Both the position numbers and the translations under genes were made by a program. Positions 43,569-54,118 of a DNA stretch of 64,000 nucleotides are shown piece by piece. Location: positions 1 to 64,000 of IMG/VR virus record IMGVR_UViG_3300031992_000080, one strand, 5' to 3'. The stretch's first letter is position 1. Every line of letters starts with the position of its first letter. The notes under the pieces are model-generated. The model worked only from the letters and a program-made list of their open reading frames with translations, was not told where the DNA came from and ran no database searches. Origin of the DNA: a virus (lineage: Duplodnaviria; Caudoviricetes).

Positions 43569-45056
43569 ATGCCAACCAAAAAGGAACAAGCGAACAAGCA
43601 GATCGCGGCGAAGGCGACGGAGCCTTCGTCCGTCTCCGACCTTCTCCGCCACGCCTACGTCATCACCGACGGCTGCGTCCGCTTCGAGCAGTTCAAGCGG
43701 CTCTTCGCCGCGGCCGGACTCGACCCGCTCCCCAAAGTCTGGAACGCCTGCACGCTTCCCGGCCACGGGGCTCTCGGATGCAGTATCTCGCACTACTCGC
43801 TCGTGCGCCACGCGCTCGAAGAGGACCTGCCGATGCTCGTCGTGTTCGAGGACGACGCGGTTCCCGTGGACGGCGCGGCGGAGAAGCTCGCGGAGGCGAT
43901 CCGCGCGCGCCAGCCGGACGCGCTCTGCCTCTCGCTGGGCTGGAACTACGACTCCGACCCGGACAAGGGCGCCGACCGCGGGGCCAAGCGCAAGGTCTAT
44001 GGCTCGCAAGCTTACGCGCTCTTCGGGCGGAAGGCTTACGAAGCATACATCGAGACCTACGAGAAGCACGGCTGCGAGGCGGACGCGGTGCTGGGCCTCA
44101 TGTCCGGCTCCGCGATGGCGCCGGAAAATCTCTTTGCGCAGTATTCGCCAGTGAAGAGCATCCACTCTCCCGGAGGCTGGACGGCCGAGGCGGAAATCGA
44201 GAAGGCGGTAAACGCCGAGGCGGGTAGCAGACTCTCCAAGGCGCGCGCCGAACTGGCGAAGATGCAGGCCGAGAAGGCCGTCCACGTCGCGTGGTGCATC
44301 GACGTGCAGGGGCAGGGAGCGGCGCAGTTCGCCGACCAGCTCTATGTCTCCGTCAAGTCCGTCCGGGACACGCGCGCGCCGGGCGACTCCGTGATCGCGC
44401 ACGTCTGCTATGCGAACGTCTCCGTTGAACTCATGGAGCGCCTCCATGCGCTTGAGCGCGACGGCTTCAAGGTCGCCACGCGGCACATCACGGACCGGGA
44501 CCTCGCCTACTGGCAGCAGTTCACGAAGCACGACCCGCGCAGCGCGGCCCGACCGTGGGGCGGCATCGTGTTCGCGCGCCTCTGGCTCCCGCTGCTATTG
44601 CCGAACGTGGAAAAATGCGTCTACCTCGACGCAGACACGATGTGCCGCGCGCCGATCTCGGAGCTTTTCTCAAAGCCGCTCCCGGAAGGCAAGTGGCTCG
44701 GGATGGACATGGGGTCGGTTCCCGAATACGGCTACAACTCCGGCGTGATGCTGATGGACTTCGCCGCCATGCGCGCGGACAAGACGCTCTACCAGCGGCT
44801 CGGCGAGTTCATGCAGAAGAACACGCGTTCTTTCTATTGCCCGGACCAGACCACGATCAACCGCTTCTTCGCGGACAGGATCGCGGAGATCGGGCGCGAG
44901 TGGAACTACCCGCCCACGCCGGGCGTCGCCGACCCCGCGATGGCGGCGGCGAAGCTCTGGCACTTCTACAACGGGACGCAAAAACCATACCGAATCGCGG
45001 GGGACGACTTCGGGCGCGCGCTCGTCGCGTGGAACAACCAACTTCAAGGAGACTAG
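43569..45056 (+). CDS. Two-domain glycosyltransferase (GT25-like + GT8)
   Basis: GCSISH...L......VFEDDA (GT25); FARL.LP.LLP...K.VYLDAD, NSGVMLMD, DQ..IN, WNY, HF (GT8). Confidence 0.88.
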   Translation: MPTKKEQANKQIAAKATEPSSVSDLLRHAYVITDGCVRFEQFKRLFAAAGLDPLPKVWNACTLPGHGALGCSISHYSLVRHALEEDLPMLVVFEDDAVPVDGAAEKLAEAIRARQPDALCLSLGWNYDSDPDKGADRGAKRKVYGSQAYALFGRKAYEAYIETYEKHGCEADAVLGLMSGSAMAPENLFAQYSPVKSIHSPGGWTAEAEIEKAVNAEAGSRLSKARAELAKMQAEKAVHVAWCIDVQGQGAAQFADQLYVSVKSVRDTRAPGDSVIAHVCYANVSVELMERLHALERDGFKVATRHITDRDLAYWQQFTKHDPRSAARPWGGIVFARLWLPLLLPNVEKCVYLDADTMCRAPISELFSKPLPEGKWLGMDMGSVPEYGYNSGVMLMDFAAMRADKTLYQRLGEFMQKNTRSFYCPDQTTINRFFADRIAEIGREWNYPPTPGVADPAMAAAKLWHFYNGTQKPYRIAGDDFGRALVAWNNQLQGD

Positions 45057-45058
45057 GA

Positions 45059-45514
45059 ATGCCGACCGAACTTGGGAACACTCCGCTGAACACGAACATC
45101 GTCAACACTGGCGACCTTGCAAACCTCGCGCTCGACTCGACCTTGCAGCGCGTTGCGGCGGCGCTTGAAACGGACTCGCGCTACATCGTCCTTCCTTATG
45201 TCACGGCGTCGAGCGGAATCACACTTGCGCTCAACACGGCGGTCTACCGCTCTGCCCTGAACGCGGACGGCACGTTCCCGACGATCACGGCGACGGGCAT
45301 TCCGACGGCGGCGGCATACTACCAGTTCGAGCTTGAGCTGGCCGTTCCAAGCACCGTGCCTTCGACCATCACGGGGCCGAGCGGCTGGACGTGGCTCGAC
45401 GGCCACGGTCTGCCCGACCCGGCTGACTTGAGCGGCGGCGAGACGATCTGCATCTCGGTGCGGCTGGACTGCACGGCGCGCACGTTCCTCGCGTCGGTTT
45501 GGAGGGTGGCGTAA
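45059..45514 (+). CDS. Tail-associated protein
   Basis: Beta-rich small domain; TAATG coupling to the next gene. Confidence 0.6.
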   Translation: MPTELGNTPLNTNIVNTGDLANLALDSTLQRVAAALETDSRYIVLPYVTASSGITLALNTAVYRSALNADGTFPTITATGIPTAAAYYQFELELAVPSTVPSTITGPSGWTWLDGHGLPDPADLSGGETICISVRLDCTARTFLASVWRVA

Positions 45515-46767
45515 TGTATCCCATTCCGGCCAACGCGACGCGCATCCGGTACTTGGAAAGTACCGGGACGCAGTACATCGATACAGGGGTATTGTGCGAC
45601 AACAATACCAATGTAGAAATTGGAGCGCTCTGGAATACCACATCATACAACATGATTATGTTTGGAGTGCTTGACAATTCGTCTGGCACGACATATCGGT
45701 TTATGACCCAAATTTATAACCAAAACAATCCACAGTCGTATTGGGGGGCGTCGACATCTAGCACGAGAAGCGGCGCGGCGAGAAACGAGTGGCATGATTA
45801 CGCTCTTGGGAGCGGAGTTTTCAAGGTGGACGGATCGACGGTGCAGACATGGGCGGACGTGTCGTTCACCACGACGGCAAACCTTTTCGTGCTCGCAAGA
45901 AGCCTCAAGAACGTCAATGACCCGGCGACAATTGCTGATTCGTTTTTTCGTGGGCGTGTCCGGTATGTGCGAATTACGAAATCCGGCGTCCTCGTCCGCG
46001 ACTTCGTCCCCGTCCGCGTCGGCACGGTCGGCTACCTCTTCGACCGGGTGAGCGGGCAGCTCTTCGGCAACGCGGGGACGGGCGACTTCGTCCTCGGCCC
46101 GGACACGTTCTCGCAGGGCGTGCTGCCGACGAGGATGTGCGTGATGGGGGTGAGGAAGAAGTTGCCTTACGACGCCGAGGTGGAATACATCGAGATCGGC
46201 GGCGACGGCGCGTTCATCGACACGGGCGTGACGCCGCAGAACAGTCCGTCCGCCACGATTCGCGCACAGTATCTAGGCACATCGCAGTCGAGCGCACAGA
46301 CGACGCCGCTCTTCGGGCGAAGAGTTTTCGGCGGAGCAAGCAAATATTTCGCGTTCTGGGTTCGTTCCGACACGCTCAAGATGGCGGTCAACTGGGGTAC
46401 ATACGATACGGGCTGGCAGAGCCAAACGACGGACAAGACCGCATTCCACGACTACGCCCTCAACTCGTCCGGCGGCTACTTCGACGGGACAAACTTCGTT
46501 TCCGTCGCGTCAGGCGGGAGCATCGGCGATTGGACTGGCGTTCCGTTGGGCGTCGGCGGTGTTGTGCAGTCTGGCGGCGCGTCGGCATTAGAGACTCGCG
46601 GCGTGAAACTCCGTATCGCATCGTTTGCGCTCTACAACGGTGGCGTTCTCGCGTTCGATGGAATCGCGGTCCGCAAAGGCCAGGTCGGCTACCTCTACGA
46701 CAAGGTTTCCAAGCAGCTCTTCGGCAACGCCGGAACCGGCGCGTTCACAATCGGCCCCGACAAATAG
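45514..46767 (+). CDS. Receptor-binding/tail protein with two tandem LamG-like domains
   Basis: Twice Y.E..G...IDTGV ... VGYL.D.VS.QLFGNAGTG.F..GPD. Confidence 0.7.
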   Translation: MYPIPANATRIRYLESTGTQYIDTGVLCDNNTNVEIGALWNTTSYNMIMFGVLDNSSGTTYRFMTQIYNQNNPQSYWGASTSSTRSGAARNEWHDYALGSGVFKVDGSTVQTWADVSFTTTANLFVLARSLKNVNDPATIADSFFRGRVRYVRITKSGVLVRDFVPVRVGTVGYLFDRVSGQLFGNAGTGDFVLGPDTFSQGVLPTRMCVMGVRKKLPYDAEVEYIEIGGDGAFIDTGVTPQNSPSATIRAQYLGTSQSSAQTTPLFGRRVFGGASKYFAFWVRSDTLKMAVNWGTYDTGWQSQTTDKTAFHDYALNSSGGYFDGTNFVSVASGGSIGDWTGVPLGVGGVVQSGGASALETRGVKLRIASFALYNGGVLAFDGIAVRKGQVGYLYDKVSKQLFGNAGTGAFTIGPDK

Positions 46768-46776
46768 GAGACACCC

Positions 46777-47280
46777 ATGTTCGCGAAACTCATCGACCAG
46801 ACAACGATCTCGACGACCCCTCCGCGCTCCGCCGTGATCGACGGCGCGTTCGTGTGCGGCACGCTCCCGGAGCCGTATCTCAACTCGCAGGGCTGGTATC
46901 GGCTCGAGACCACGCCCGCGCCGGAAACGCAGGACGGATACCACGCCGAACCGCGCTACGCCTACGACAACGACGAGGCACCGACGCGCATCGTCCAGTC
47001 ATGGGAGGTCGTGCAAGACGCGCCCCCGCCGCCGCGCTCGATCAGCAAGTTCAAGCTCAAGCTCGAGATCGCCAAGCGCGGTCTGCTTCCCGCTTTCGAG
47101 CAGCTTCTTGCCGGCTTCGAAGTCGCGCCCGGCTATCCTGCGACGGACGCATTCCGCGATGCTGTGACGCTCGACGAGAACAACGCGGACTTCAAGCAGG
47201 CGGTCGAAGCCGTGAAGAAGACTCTCGGCATCACGGCCGAACAAGTGGAGGAGATTTTGTCCGCGAGCGTCGCGGACTGA
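46777..47280 (+). CDS. Tail fibre-associated/assembly protein
   Basis: GWYRLETTPAP...GYH....Y...I.Q.WEVV; ISKFKL motif. Confidence 0.55.
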   Translation: MFAKLIDQTTISTTPPRSAVIDGAFVCGTLPEPYLNSQGWYRLETTPAPETQDGYHAEPRYAYDNDEAPTRIVQSWEVVQDAPPPPRSISKFKLKLEIAKRGLLPAFEQLLAGFEVAPGYPATDAFRDAVTLDENNADFKQAVEAVKKTLGITAEQVEEILSASVAD

Positions 47281-47345
47281 ACATCGTCCGCGGTCCGGGT
47301 GGGCCGCGGCATTCCAAACAACAACAACAACAAAAGGAACGAACC

Positions 47346-47657
47346 ATGACACACGAAACGAAGAAGCGGGTCAAGGCGGATGCGTTTGCCGAAATGCGGC
47401 GCACGGCGCTTGCCTGCATGATGGCGGTCGTCGGGACCGACATCGAAGACACCTGGGACGGCGTGATGAACGCCAAGGCCAAGGTCGGGAAATACGGCGA
47501 CGAGTCCGAACGCGCGGCGTTCGACATGGCGCAGGACAAGTGGATGCACGCCTATCTCGAGGAGTGGACCTGCGAAAAGGTCCGCGCCGCGGAAGCGCTG
47601 CTCGAACACGAAAAAGACGCCGAACACGAGGAAGCGCTTGCCGCCAAGCGCGCCTAG
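47346..47657 (+). CDS. Hypothetical protein
   Basis: (AAC)n leader plus AAGGA RBS. Confidence 0.65.
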   Translation: MTHETKKRVKADAFAEMRRTALACMMAVVGTDIEDTWDGVMNAKAKVGKYGDESERAAFDMAQDKWMHAYLEEWTCEKVRAAEALLEHEKDAEHEEALAAKRA

Positions 47658-47731
47658 GAAAAAGCTTCCCCCGCCGGGTGGCGGGACGAAGACCAAAGAA
47701 CAACAACAACAACAAGAAAGGAAGTCACAAC

Positions 47732-48253
47732 ATGACTGACGAAACGAACAACAAGCCCGACTATCTCGGTCAGGGTCTCCGCGGTCCGGTGTGGACGGCA
47801 GCCTCCGTCGGCATCGGCGGTCTCGCGCTCTACGCGCTCAACACGCTCGCCCGTGGCGGGTTCGGCTTCGGCGGCGGCATGCCGCCCGCCGGCGATCCGC
47901 CCTGGGCCCGCGACATGACCTACGAGCGTGAGCTCACCAAGGCCAACGCCGAGACCGCCGCGCTCCAGGCGAAGCTGGACTGCCAGAACGCGATCATCGC
48001 GTCCGAGCGCCGCTACGAGGACAAGTTCGACGCCATCGAGCGCGAGATCTGCGCGCAGAAGGTCCACAACGCCGTCAACGACGGCGCGGTGGCCGGCATC
48101 GCCGCCCAGACGGCGCAGCTTCAGAAGCTGACCGCTCCCTACATTGTGCAGCCCGTGATGGCCGCTTCGGAGGGTGCGCTCAACTACGTCCCGCCCGCCT
48201 TCGCGGCGGCGAAGGCGACGGGCGCGTCCACCACGACCGCCGCGGCCGCCTAA
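47732..48253 (+). CDS. Conserved phage protein (hydrophobic Gly-rich N-terminus plus coiled coil)
   Basis: GIGGLAL..LN...GGFG...C.Q.V.NA...A.I..Q...L..LT. Confidence 0.7.
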   Translation: MTDETNNKPDYLGQGLRGPVWTAASVGIGGLALYALNTLARGGFGFGGGMPPAGDPPWARDMTYERELTKANAETAALQAKLDCQNAIIASERRYEDKFDAIEREICAQKVHNAVNDGAVAGIAAQTAQLQKLTAPYIVQPVMAASEGALNYVPPAFAAAKATGASTTTAAAA

Positions 48254-48317
48254 TAAAACCCCTCCTCCCCGTCCGCGAGGGCGGGGAGGAGGACTTCGGA
48301 CGAAAGGATTCGAAAAC

Positions 48318-48656
48318 ATGAAATTCGCAGACTTCAACGAAATCGTCAACCGCTTCGCCAAGACGAACGTCATGCCCTCCCTGAAGACGGCGCAGTCGCG
48401 CTTCCTCATGGGGATGGCGCTCGGGGCCGGCGTGCTCAAGGCCGAGACGATGATCCCGCAGCTCGACGCGCTCCACGTCGTGACCTACGACGAGGACGGC
48501 AAGCCCGACGGCATCGACACCCGGCGCCTCGGTGACGCGCTCATGGGCGGCTTCGACGCCTCCCCGGAGTTCGTCTTCGACAAGTTCGGACTCAAGCTCA
48601 ACTTCACGAAGGACGACGCCAAGGCGTTCCTCAAGGAGCTTGGGGTCGCAGCCTAG
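48318..48656 (+). CDS. Hypothetical protein, partner of the preceding gene
   Basis: GAAAGG RBS; DG.PDGID...L. Confidence 0.7.
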   Translation: MKFADFNEIVNRFAKTNVMPSLKTAQSRFLMGMALGAGVLKAETMIPQLDALHVVTYDEDGKPDGIDTRRLGDALMGGFDASPEFVFDKFGLKLNFTKDDAKAFLKELGVAA

Positions 48657-48682
48657 ACCAATCACCAGCCCAGCCGCAAGCC

Positions 48683-51600
48683 ATGCCCACGTATCCCGCA
48701 AACTCTCTCGGCCAACCGATGTTCACCCGGCATCCCTTCGGGGAGCCGAAGTGGCAGCTCGCCTCGCAAAGCGAGTTCGACGGCCTCGCGCCGTCGCAGA
48801 TCGTCCGCTATCTCAACGCGGGCGACCGTGGTTTCGAGGACGCGGAGAGCCAGAGCAGGCTTGCGGCGCGGCTGGACGCGACGCCCGACGCGGACAACCT
48901 CGTGACGAATCCAGCGCCGGCGGGCGAGGCGAAGGGCGTGACGGTCGACGCGCACCGTTACGTCGTCGATCCGATCGTGGACGACCGCCACCAGTTCACC
49001 GGGCTCTACACGGGCGGCCCGATCCGCGTGACGGACGAACCGACGCGCGATGGCGGCGCGCACAAGCGCTGCACCCAAGTCCTCACGCGGACGTTCTGCG
49101 CGGGGCACGGATACTGGAAAGACGAGGCTGGGCGCTACCACGCCGCATGGCCGACGGCGTTCGACGAGGACGGCAAGCCGACGGCGTGGACGGCGCGCAA
49201 CCCGGAAGCGGACGAGCAGGTCCACTACGAGGCAGGCGATCCGACGTGGCTTCCCGTGCCGGAGGACGCGGACATCCGCGAATACATGAGCGCGGACGAC
49301 GCGCTCAAGTTCCACCGCCCCGCGCTCGACTCGCGGCTCACGCCGTATCTCGTGCTCCAGGACAAATTCCCCGGCTCCTTCACGCGGGAGGTCTACTGGC
49401 GCGAGTTCACGCATGAGTCGATCGCGCAGCTGGAAGAACTCGGCAAGGACCGCGCACGGCTGGAAGCCGTCGTGAAGTGGCACTTCACGGGCAAGGTCGC
49501 GCCGCAGGTGCTGGACGCGCACGTCCGGCTCGACCCGCAGACCAACACGGTCGTGTTCGTCTGTTCGCTGCTCTACGTGCAGCTCGGCGAGCCGAAGACG
49601 CCGGAAGAGCTGCTCGACCTGCCGTTCGTGGCCGGCCCCTGCACACGCGAGACGCTGCGGATGTTCGGGTGGAACCAGTTGCGGGACGGCGAGGGCTACA
49701 AATACACGCACGTCTTCACTTGGCCACGCCTCAAGGACACGCCGGAGGTTCGCGCGGCGCTTGAGTTCGTCAAGGACAACAAGCCGGTCGCGGCGCAGAC
49801 GGACGAGTCCGGCGCCGAGATCCGTCCTGCCTACGACTCGTGGATCGTCGCGCTTCTCTCAAGGCACGGCGAGACGAATCCCGGCTATGCAGGTTACGAG
49901 ACGAGCAAGCCGGAACCGGTTCTCGACAACAGCCAGGCGGACAACACGGGGCGGCTTACGGCGCCGCTCACGACGCCGAAAGGTTCGGCGCCCGATTCGG
50001 ACAATCAAGGAATGACGCTCGCGACGGCTCCGGCGCAGTTCTACCGGATTGCGAAGCAGGGCATCTCTGTCGACCAAGACGGTTCGCTTTCGTTCTCGAT
50101 CGTCCTTGCCCGCTCAGAATGGCACGGTGCGGACGACGGCAAGGATTGGGAAAGCAACGGGCAGCGACAGCTTTCGTCCGTTTCGTCGCCGGATGGCTGG
50201 GGAATCGCCGAAACGCGGACGATTCCGTCCGTCCCTCGCGAGAACGCGATCCCGACCATGATCGGAATCAAGGCCGCGACATTGGAGATCATCACGGCCA
50301 AGCACCAGACGGAGGGCGCAGAAGGGCATTCGGACGTATCGTTCACGCGGGCCCAACTCTACGACTACGAGACCAAGATTCCTGCGAACACGCAGAATCC
50401 GTTCGGCATCGACTTCGATGCGACCAGCCAGGGTTACAACCCTTACCCACGCCCGACCTACAATCTGACTTACGAGCGGGTTTCGCCGGGAGCGGTTTCC
50501 AACCTGATTTCGAAAATCAAGAGCAAGCTCGGCGGCGACCCGGCGATTTCGCTTACGTATCACCCGGAAGGCTACTACACGGTTTGGGCTCGCGGAACCG
50601 GCAAGGTGCCGCGTCATATCGAGGAATGGTTGACTTCTGTCGATTGGTTCAAGCACGAGACGGTCGAGCAATGGCTCGGCGTAACGCTCGGGACGAAGGG
50701 CGGCACAGGGCCGGACGCGAGCGAGCGCGGGTTCTACGATACAATCACGGTCAATTCGAACACCGGCGCGGAGACGAAATCCGGCTGGCATTCGCTCGCG
50801 TCAATCCGCGGCGACCTGGACGCGAACTGGATGGGCTCGGAGACGAGTTCGGAAAACAAATTGTTCGTCACGCTTGCGAACAACACGAAAAGCGAAGTGT
50901 CTTTCTCGCACGGGCACAATCACGGACATTGGGCGTCAATGTCGGTTTCCGACGACCCGGATTCGCTTGGAGGACACGGAGACGGGACTCGGACGGACAA
51001 CGCCGGAAACACGGACGACAAAAAACGCTCCCACGCGATTACGAGCGTCCGCGTCTCGACGAACGAGGACGGGACGTTCAATCTCACGATCAACAGGACG
51101 TATCCGCACCAACGCGTCTGGGTCTGGCGCGAGAAGCAGGCGACGCGCAAGGGCAAGTGGCGCTTCGTCTACCGGGCGTCATACCGGAACTGGCCGAGCC
51201 GGCACGCGATCTACAACGATCTCGTGACGAACTTCGTTGCCTACGTATATACAGCTTACGGAGTGACCGTCAATCTAAACGGCGACGACTGGACATGGCA
51301 TTATTCGCCGTCCGTGAATGTTTTCGGTCTTGTCGATGATGGCGGCGTGTCGCTTACGCCGGTCGAATGGAACCAACCCAACGCAAAGAATCACAATGCC
51401 GGGGATGAAGGAATCGACAATCTGTCAAATTACAAAATCCACGCTATTCCATGGTCGGCTTCCGGGAAATACAAGACGAGCCCGGACGCGGCTCTTGCCG
51501 TAGGACCGGCGTTTCACCCGTTGCTCGGATACGTGTTCAACATCGAGAAACAACCGATTTACTTCGGGCACTACGACGATTACGATTCCGCAAAACGTGT

Positions 51601-51925
51601 TTTCGATGCACTCGGAGAAGTTTACGGAGACGACGGAAGCTCCAAAGAGCCGTCGTGGAACAACCGACAATGGACATTCAAGCTCGTCGGGAACAAATGC
51701 TATGGGCCGACGGCGTTTGCCTACAATGGAGAACATCCGGGGCCGACGGATTTGTCCATCGACCCGAAGGACCCAGACCCCGCCGGCGAACAACTCGACG
51801 CGCGAACGTCGCTCCTGAACAAACATCTCAAAGATGCTGGCGGCGACAAAGCCGTCAAGCGAGCTGAATGGGAGCGCTGGTTCAAAGGCGGAGCCGGGGA
51901 GAATGGGATCCAGCAAGACGAGTAG
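48683..51925 (+). CDS. Large virion/tail protein (1080 aa)
   Basis: Long ORF with coding-type bias in the late module. Confidence 0.7.
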   Translation: MPTYPANSLGQPMFTRHPFGEPKWQLASQSEFDGLAPSQIVRYLNAGDRGFEDAESQSRLAARLDATPDADNLVTNPAPAGEAKGVTVDAHRYVVDPIVDDRHQFTGLYTGGPIRVTDEPTRDGGAHKRCTQVLTRTFCAGHGYWKDEAGRYHAAWPTAFDEDGKPTAWTARNPEADEQVHYEAGDPTWLPVPEDADIREYMSADDALKFHRPALDSRLTPYLVLQDKFPGSFTREVYWREFTHESIAQLEELGKDRARLEAVVKWHFTGKVAPQVLDAHVRLDPQTNTVVFVCSLLYVQLGEPKTPEELLDLPFVAGPCTRETLRMFGWNQLRDGEGYKYTHVFTWPRLKDTPEVRAALEFVKDNKPVAAQTDESGAEIRPAYDSWIVALLSRHGETNPGYAGYETSKPEPVLDNSQADNTGRLTAPLTTPKGSAPDSDNQGMTLATAPAQFYRIAKQGISVDQDGSLSFSIVLARSEWHGADDGKDWESNGQRQLSSVSSPDGWGIAETRTIPSVPRENAIPTMIGIKAATLEIITAKHQTEGAEGHSDVSFTRAQLYDYETKIPANTQNPFGIDFDATSQGYNPYPRPTYNLTYERVSPGAVSNLISKIKSKLGGDPAISLTYHPEGYYTVWARGTGKVPRHIEEWLTSVDWFKHETVEQWLGVTLGTKGGTGPDASERGFYDTITVNSNTGAETKSGWHSLASIRGDLDANWMGSETSSENKLFVTLANNTKSEVSFSHGHNHGHWASMSVSDDPDSLGGHGDGTRTDNAGNTDDKKRSHAITSVRVSTNEDGTFNLTINRTYPHQRVWVWREKQATRKGKWRFVYRASYRNWPSRHAIYNDLVTNFVAYVYTAYGVTVNLNGDDWTWHYSPSVNVFGLVDDGGVSLTPVEWNQPNAKNHNAGDEGIDNLSNYKIHAIPWSASGKYKTSPDAALAVGPAFHPLLGYVFNIEKQPIYFGHYDDYDSAKRVFDALGEVYGDDGSSKEPSWNNRQWTFKLVGNKCYGPTAFAYNGEHPGPTDLSIDPKDPDPAGEQLDARTSLLNKHLKDAGGDKAVKRAEWERWFKGGAGENGIQQDE

Positions 51926-51943
51926 CGGTGGAGGCCGTACGCC

Positions 51944-53512
51944 ATGAACGAAGCGGAACGCTCGGTGGAAGAATCGAACAAAATCGCGCAGGAACTCAAG
52001 GTCGAAGAACTTGAAAGGCAGGTCGCTCGGCTGGCAAGTCTTTGTGAAAGATTGTCCGCGCAACTGGCTGAAACGCAACGTCAAGTCGAACAGGCGCAGC
52101 TTACGGCCGACGAGGCGCTTGGCGACGCGGAAGAATCGGAGTCCGGCTCAACCACATCCTCGTCCGACGCCGCCGGGTCCTCGACAGAAGAGTTGCCGAC
52201 GCCGGCCGTCCCGCCGCATGCCTTTCAGGTGACGACAACGCCGGAAGGGAAAGTATACTGTCTGCTCCCCAAGGGCGAGGACGGGACGTATTTCCCCGGC
52301 GCATTGGGAGGAAAGCACCTCGGAAACGACGCCGGGGAGACCGCGGAGGACAATGCTGGCCCGTATCCGGCCGGCGGGCAAGGGAGCGGGTCGGATGAGC
52401 CTTCCACATGGGCTCACTACGGCTGGTATGAAGTCGGCGAGATGGACGCGGGATCCGAGGAAGTGAACGACAAAATGGTTGTCGCGACCTTTACGGTTCC
52501 CGTCGATCCGCCGGAGGACGAACGCGGGAGCGGGACGGCAACGGCGGAGACGAAGGGACCCCAGCTCGACAGCGTGAGTCTGGAGGATGCAAGCGACTGG
52601 AAGGGAACGTGCGAGCGGAGCTGGAAGGAATACGACGATCCGGAGTCCGGGTCCGTGACGCGCAAGGTCCCGATTGCGATGGTCGCCAACGGGCTTGTCA
52701 CACAGCTCACGATGACGCCATTTCTTTCGCTTGGCAGCAATGGCAGTGGCGATGACTGGCATCCGGACAGCGAGTGTGGCGTATACCTGTCCCTCGATCC
52801 GGAGAACGAGCACGCCTGCCCCAAGTATGTCGAGGAGTCATACACGGAGACCGAAACGCACGTTGTCGGAAAGGACCTCAACGGCAATCCGATCACGAGA
52901 GAAGTCGAGGTCACGAAGACGCGGCCGAAGCAGGCCGAGGACGCGCTGGGCAACAAGCTGACCAATCCGGACGGAAGCCCGATCTACGAGCAGGCGAAGG
53001 ACGAAGGCGGCTATCCGCTCTACAACAGGCCAAAACATCAGGTTCACAATTTCGAAACCGGGGACGATGGCGGGGACACGACGATCGACGCCGAATACAA
53101 CCGGACGAACGAGCTCGTCGCCGTCCGCGTTCCGAAGAACGGCGGCGCCGAGCTGATGTGGCGGCACGTCAAGTTTTCGCAGGAGGCACCATGCCCGCCT
53201 GTGATCGAAGTCTCGGAGCCGGTGCGATACGGGAACGTAATCAAATTCACGATTTCCATTTACGAGGGGGCGAAGGGGAATGGGAATGGTTCTTCGAGCG
53301 GGTCTTGCGGAAAAGGAGCGCTGATCAGCGCGACGGATGTGGAGATCCCGATCATCGATCCGAACCTGGCTCTTCAGGAGAAGTGCGTCATAACGGACGT
53401 GATCGTTTCGTCGACCGGCATTACGTTCACGAGGGAGAAGGTTCTTTGCTCGGTCGGCGCCGGAGCTTGCGCCCCGATCACGCTTGAAGGGGAGGCGTGT
53501 GAGGAGACATGA
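51944..53512 (+). CDS. Acidic virion-associated protein
   Basis: 522-aa ORF; N-terminal coiled coil. Confidence 0.65.
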   Translation: MNEAERSVEESNKIAQELKVEELERQVARLASLCERLSAQLAETQRQVEQAQLTADEALGDAEESESGSTTSSSDAAGSSTEELPTPAVPPHAFQVTTTPEGKVYCLLPKGEDGTYFPGALGGKHLGNDAGETAEDNAGPYPAGGQGSGSDEPSTWAHYGWYEVGEMDAGSEEVNDKMVVATFTVPVDPPEDERGSGTATAETKGPQLDSVSLEDASDWKGTCERSWKEYDDPESGSVTRKVPIAMVANGLVTQLTMTPFLSLGSNGSGDDWHPDSECGVYLSLDPENEHACPKYVEESYTETETHVVGKDLNGNPITREVEVTKTRPKQAEDALGNKLTNPDGSPIYEQAKDEGGYPLYNRPKHQVHNFETGDDGGDTTIDAEYNRTNELVAVRVPKNGGAELMWRHVKFSQEAPCPPVIEVSEPVRYGNVIKFTISIYEGAKGNGNGSSSGSCGKGALISATDVEIPIIDPNLALQEKCVITDVIVSSTGITFTREKVLCSVGAGACAPITLEGEACEET

Positions 53513-54114
53513 AAATCTTCATGCGGAACGGGAAGCCGATCCTTCGCAACGGAAAGTTCGTGACGGGGGATTGCTGCTGCGGGTGCGAGAGCGACGTCCG
53601 GTGCGGGTTGCCGCATACGGCAATCGACTTGAGCGATCCGTCTGTGGTATCCGGAACCGGGCAGGGGTTGACCGCTTCCGACCGACCAACTCTTACTTTG
53701 TCATTCATGCCAAATGGCGGAGGGGAAGCCGGGACAAAAAGCACGGTGCAAATAGCAAGGTTTAGCACGGCTTGGAGGTGGACGATCGAAACGAACCCGG
53801 AGCCGACGTGGGGGCATAATTGCTATGACAAATGTTCCTCCAGAGTCCGAACAAGTTATCTGAAGTGGGCGGGAGACCCGAACGTCGAACTGTTTGAATA
53901 TGGCACCCTGACTTTGAGACTGGAAACCGCAGCCGATGCAAGATTCGTGATGAATGTCACGGTGTTGCGTTCTTATCTTTCCGAAGTGACAAATAAAGCC
54001 GATGGGTTGTCGTACCGGGCCGCGCGATACAATCCTCCCAATGGCGACAGCTTTACCATGTCCGTCGAAAATTCTAATTATGCCCAGATCGGCATAGGCC
54101 AACGGTTCAACTGA
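53509..54114 (+). CDS. Hypothetical protein with DCCCGC motif
   Basis: ATGA coupling; AT-richer C-terminal part. Confidence 0.6.
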   Translation: MKIFMRNGKPILRNGKFVTGDCCCGCESDVRCGLPHTAIDLSDPSVVSGTGQGLTASDRPTLTLSFMPNGGGEAGTKSTVQIARFSTAWRWTIETNPEPTWGHNCYDKCSSRVRTSYLKWAGDPNVELFEYGTLTLRLETAADARFVMNVTVLRSYLSEVTNKADGLSYRAARYNPPNGDSFTMSVENSNYAQIGIGQRFN

Positions 54115-54118
54115 AGAC

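Noticed and set aside
45514-46767. Possible diversity-generating retroelement (TR/VR pair) in the tail gene
   Set aside because: No reverse transcriptase in the window, and differences between the two repeats are not adenine-specific; ordinary domain duplication explains them.
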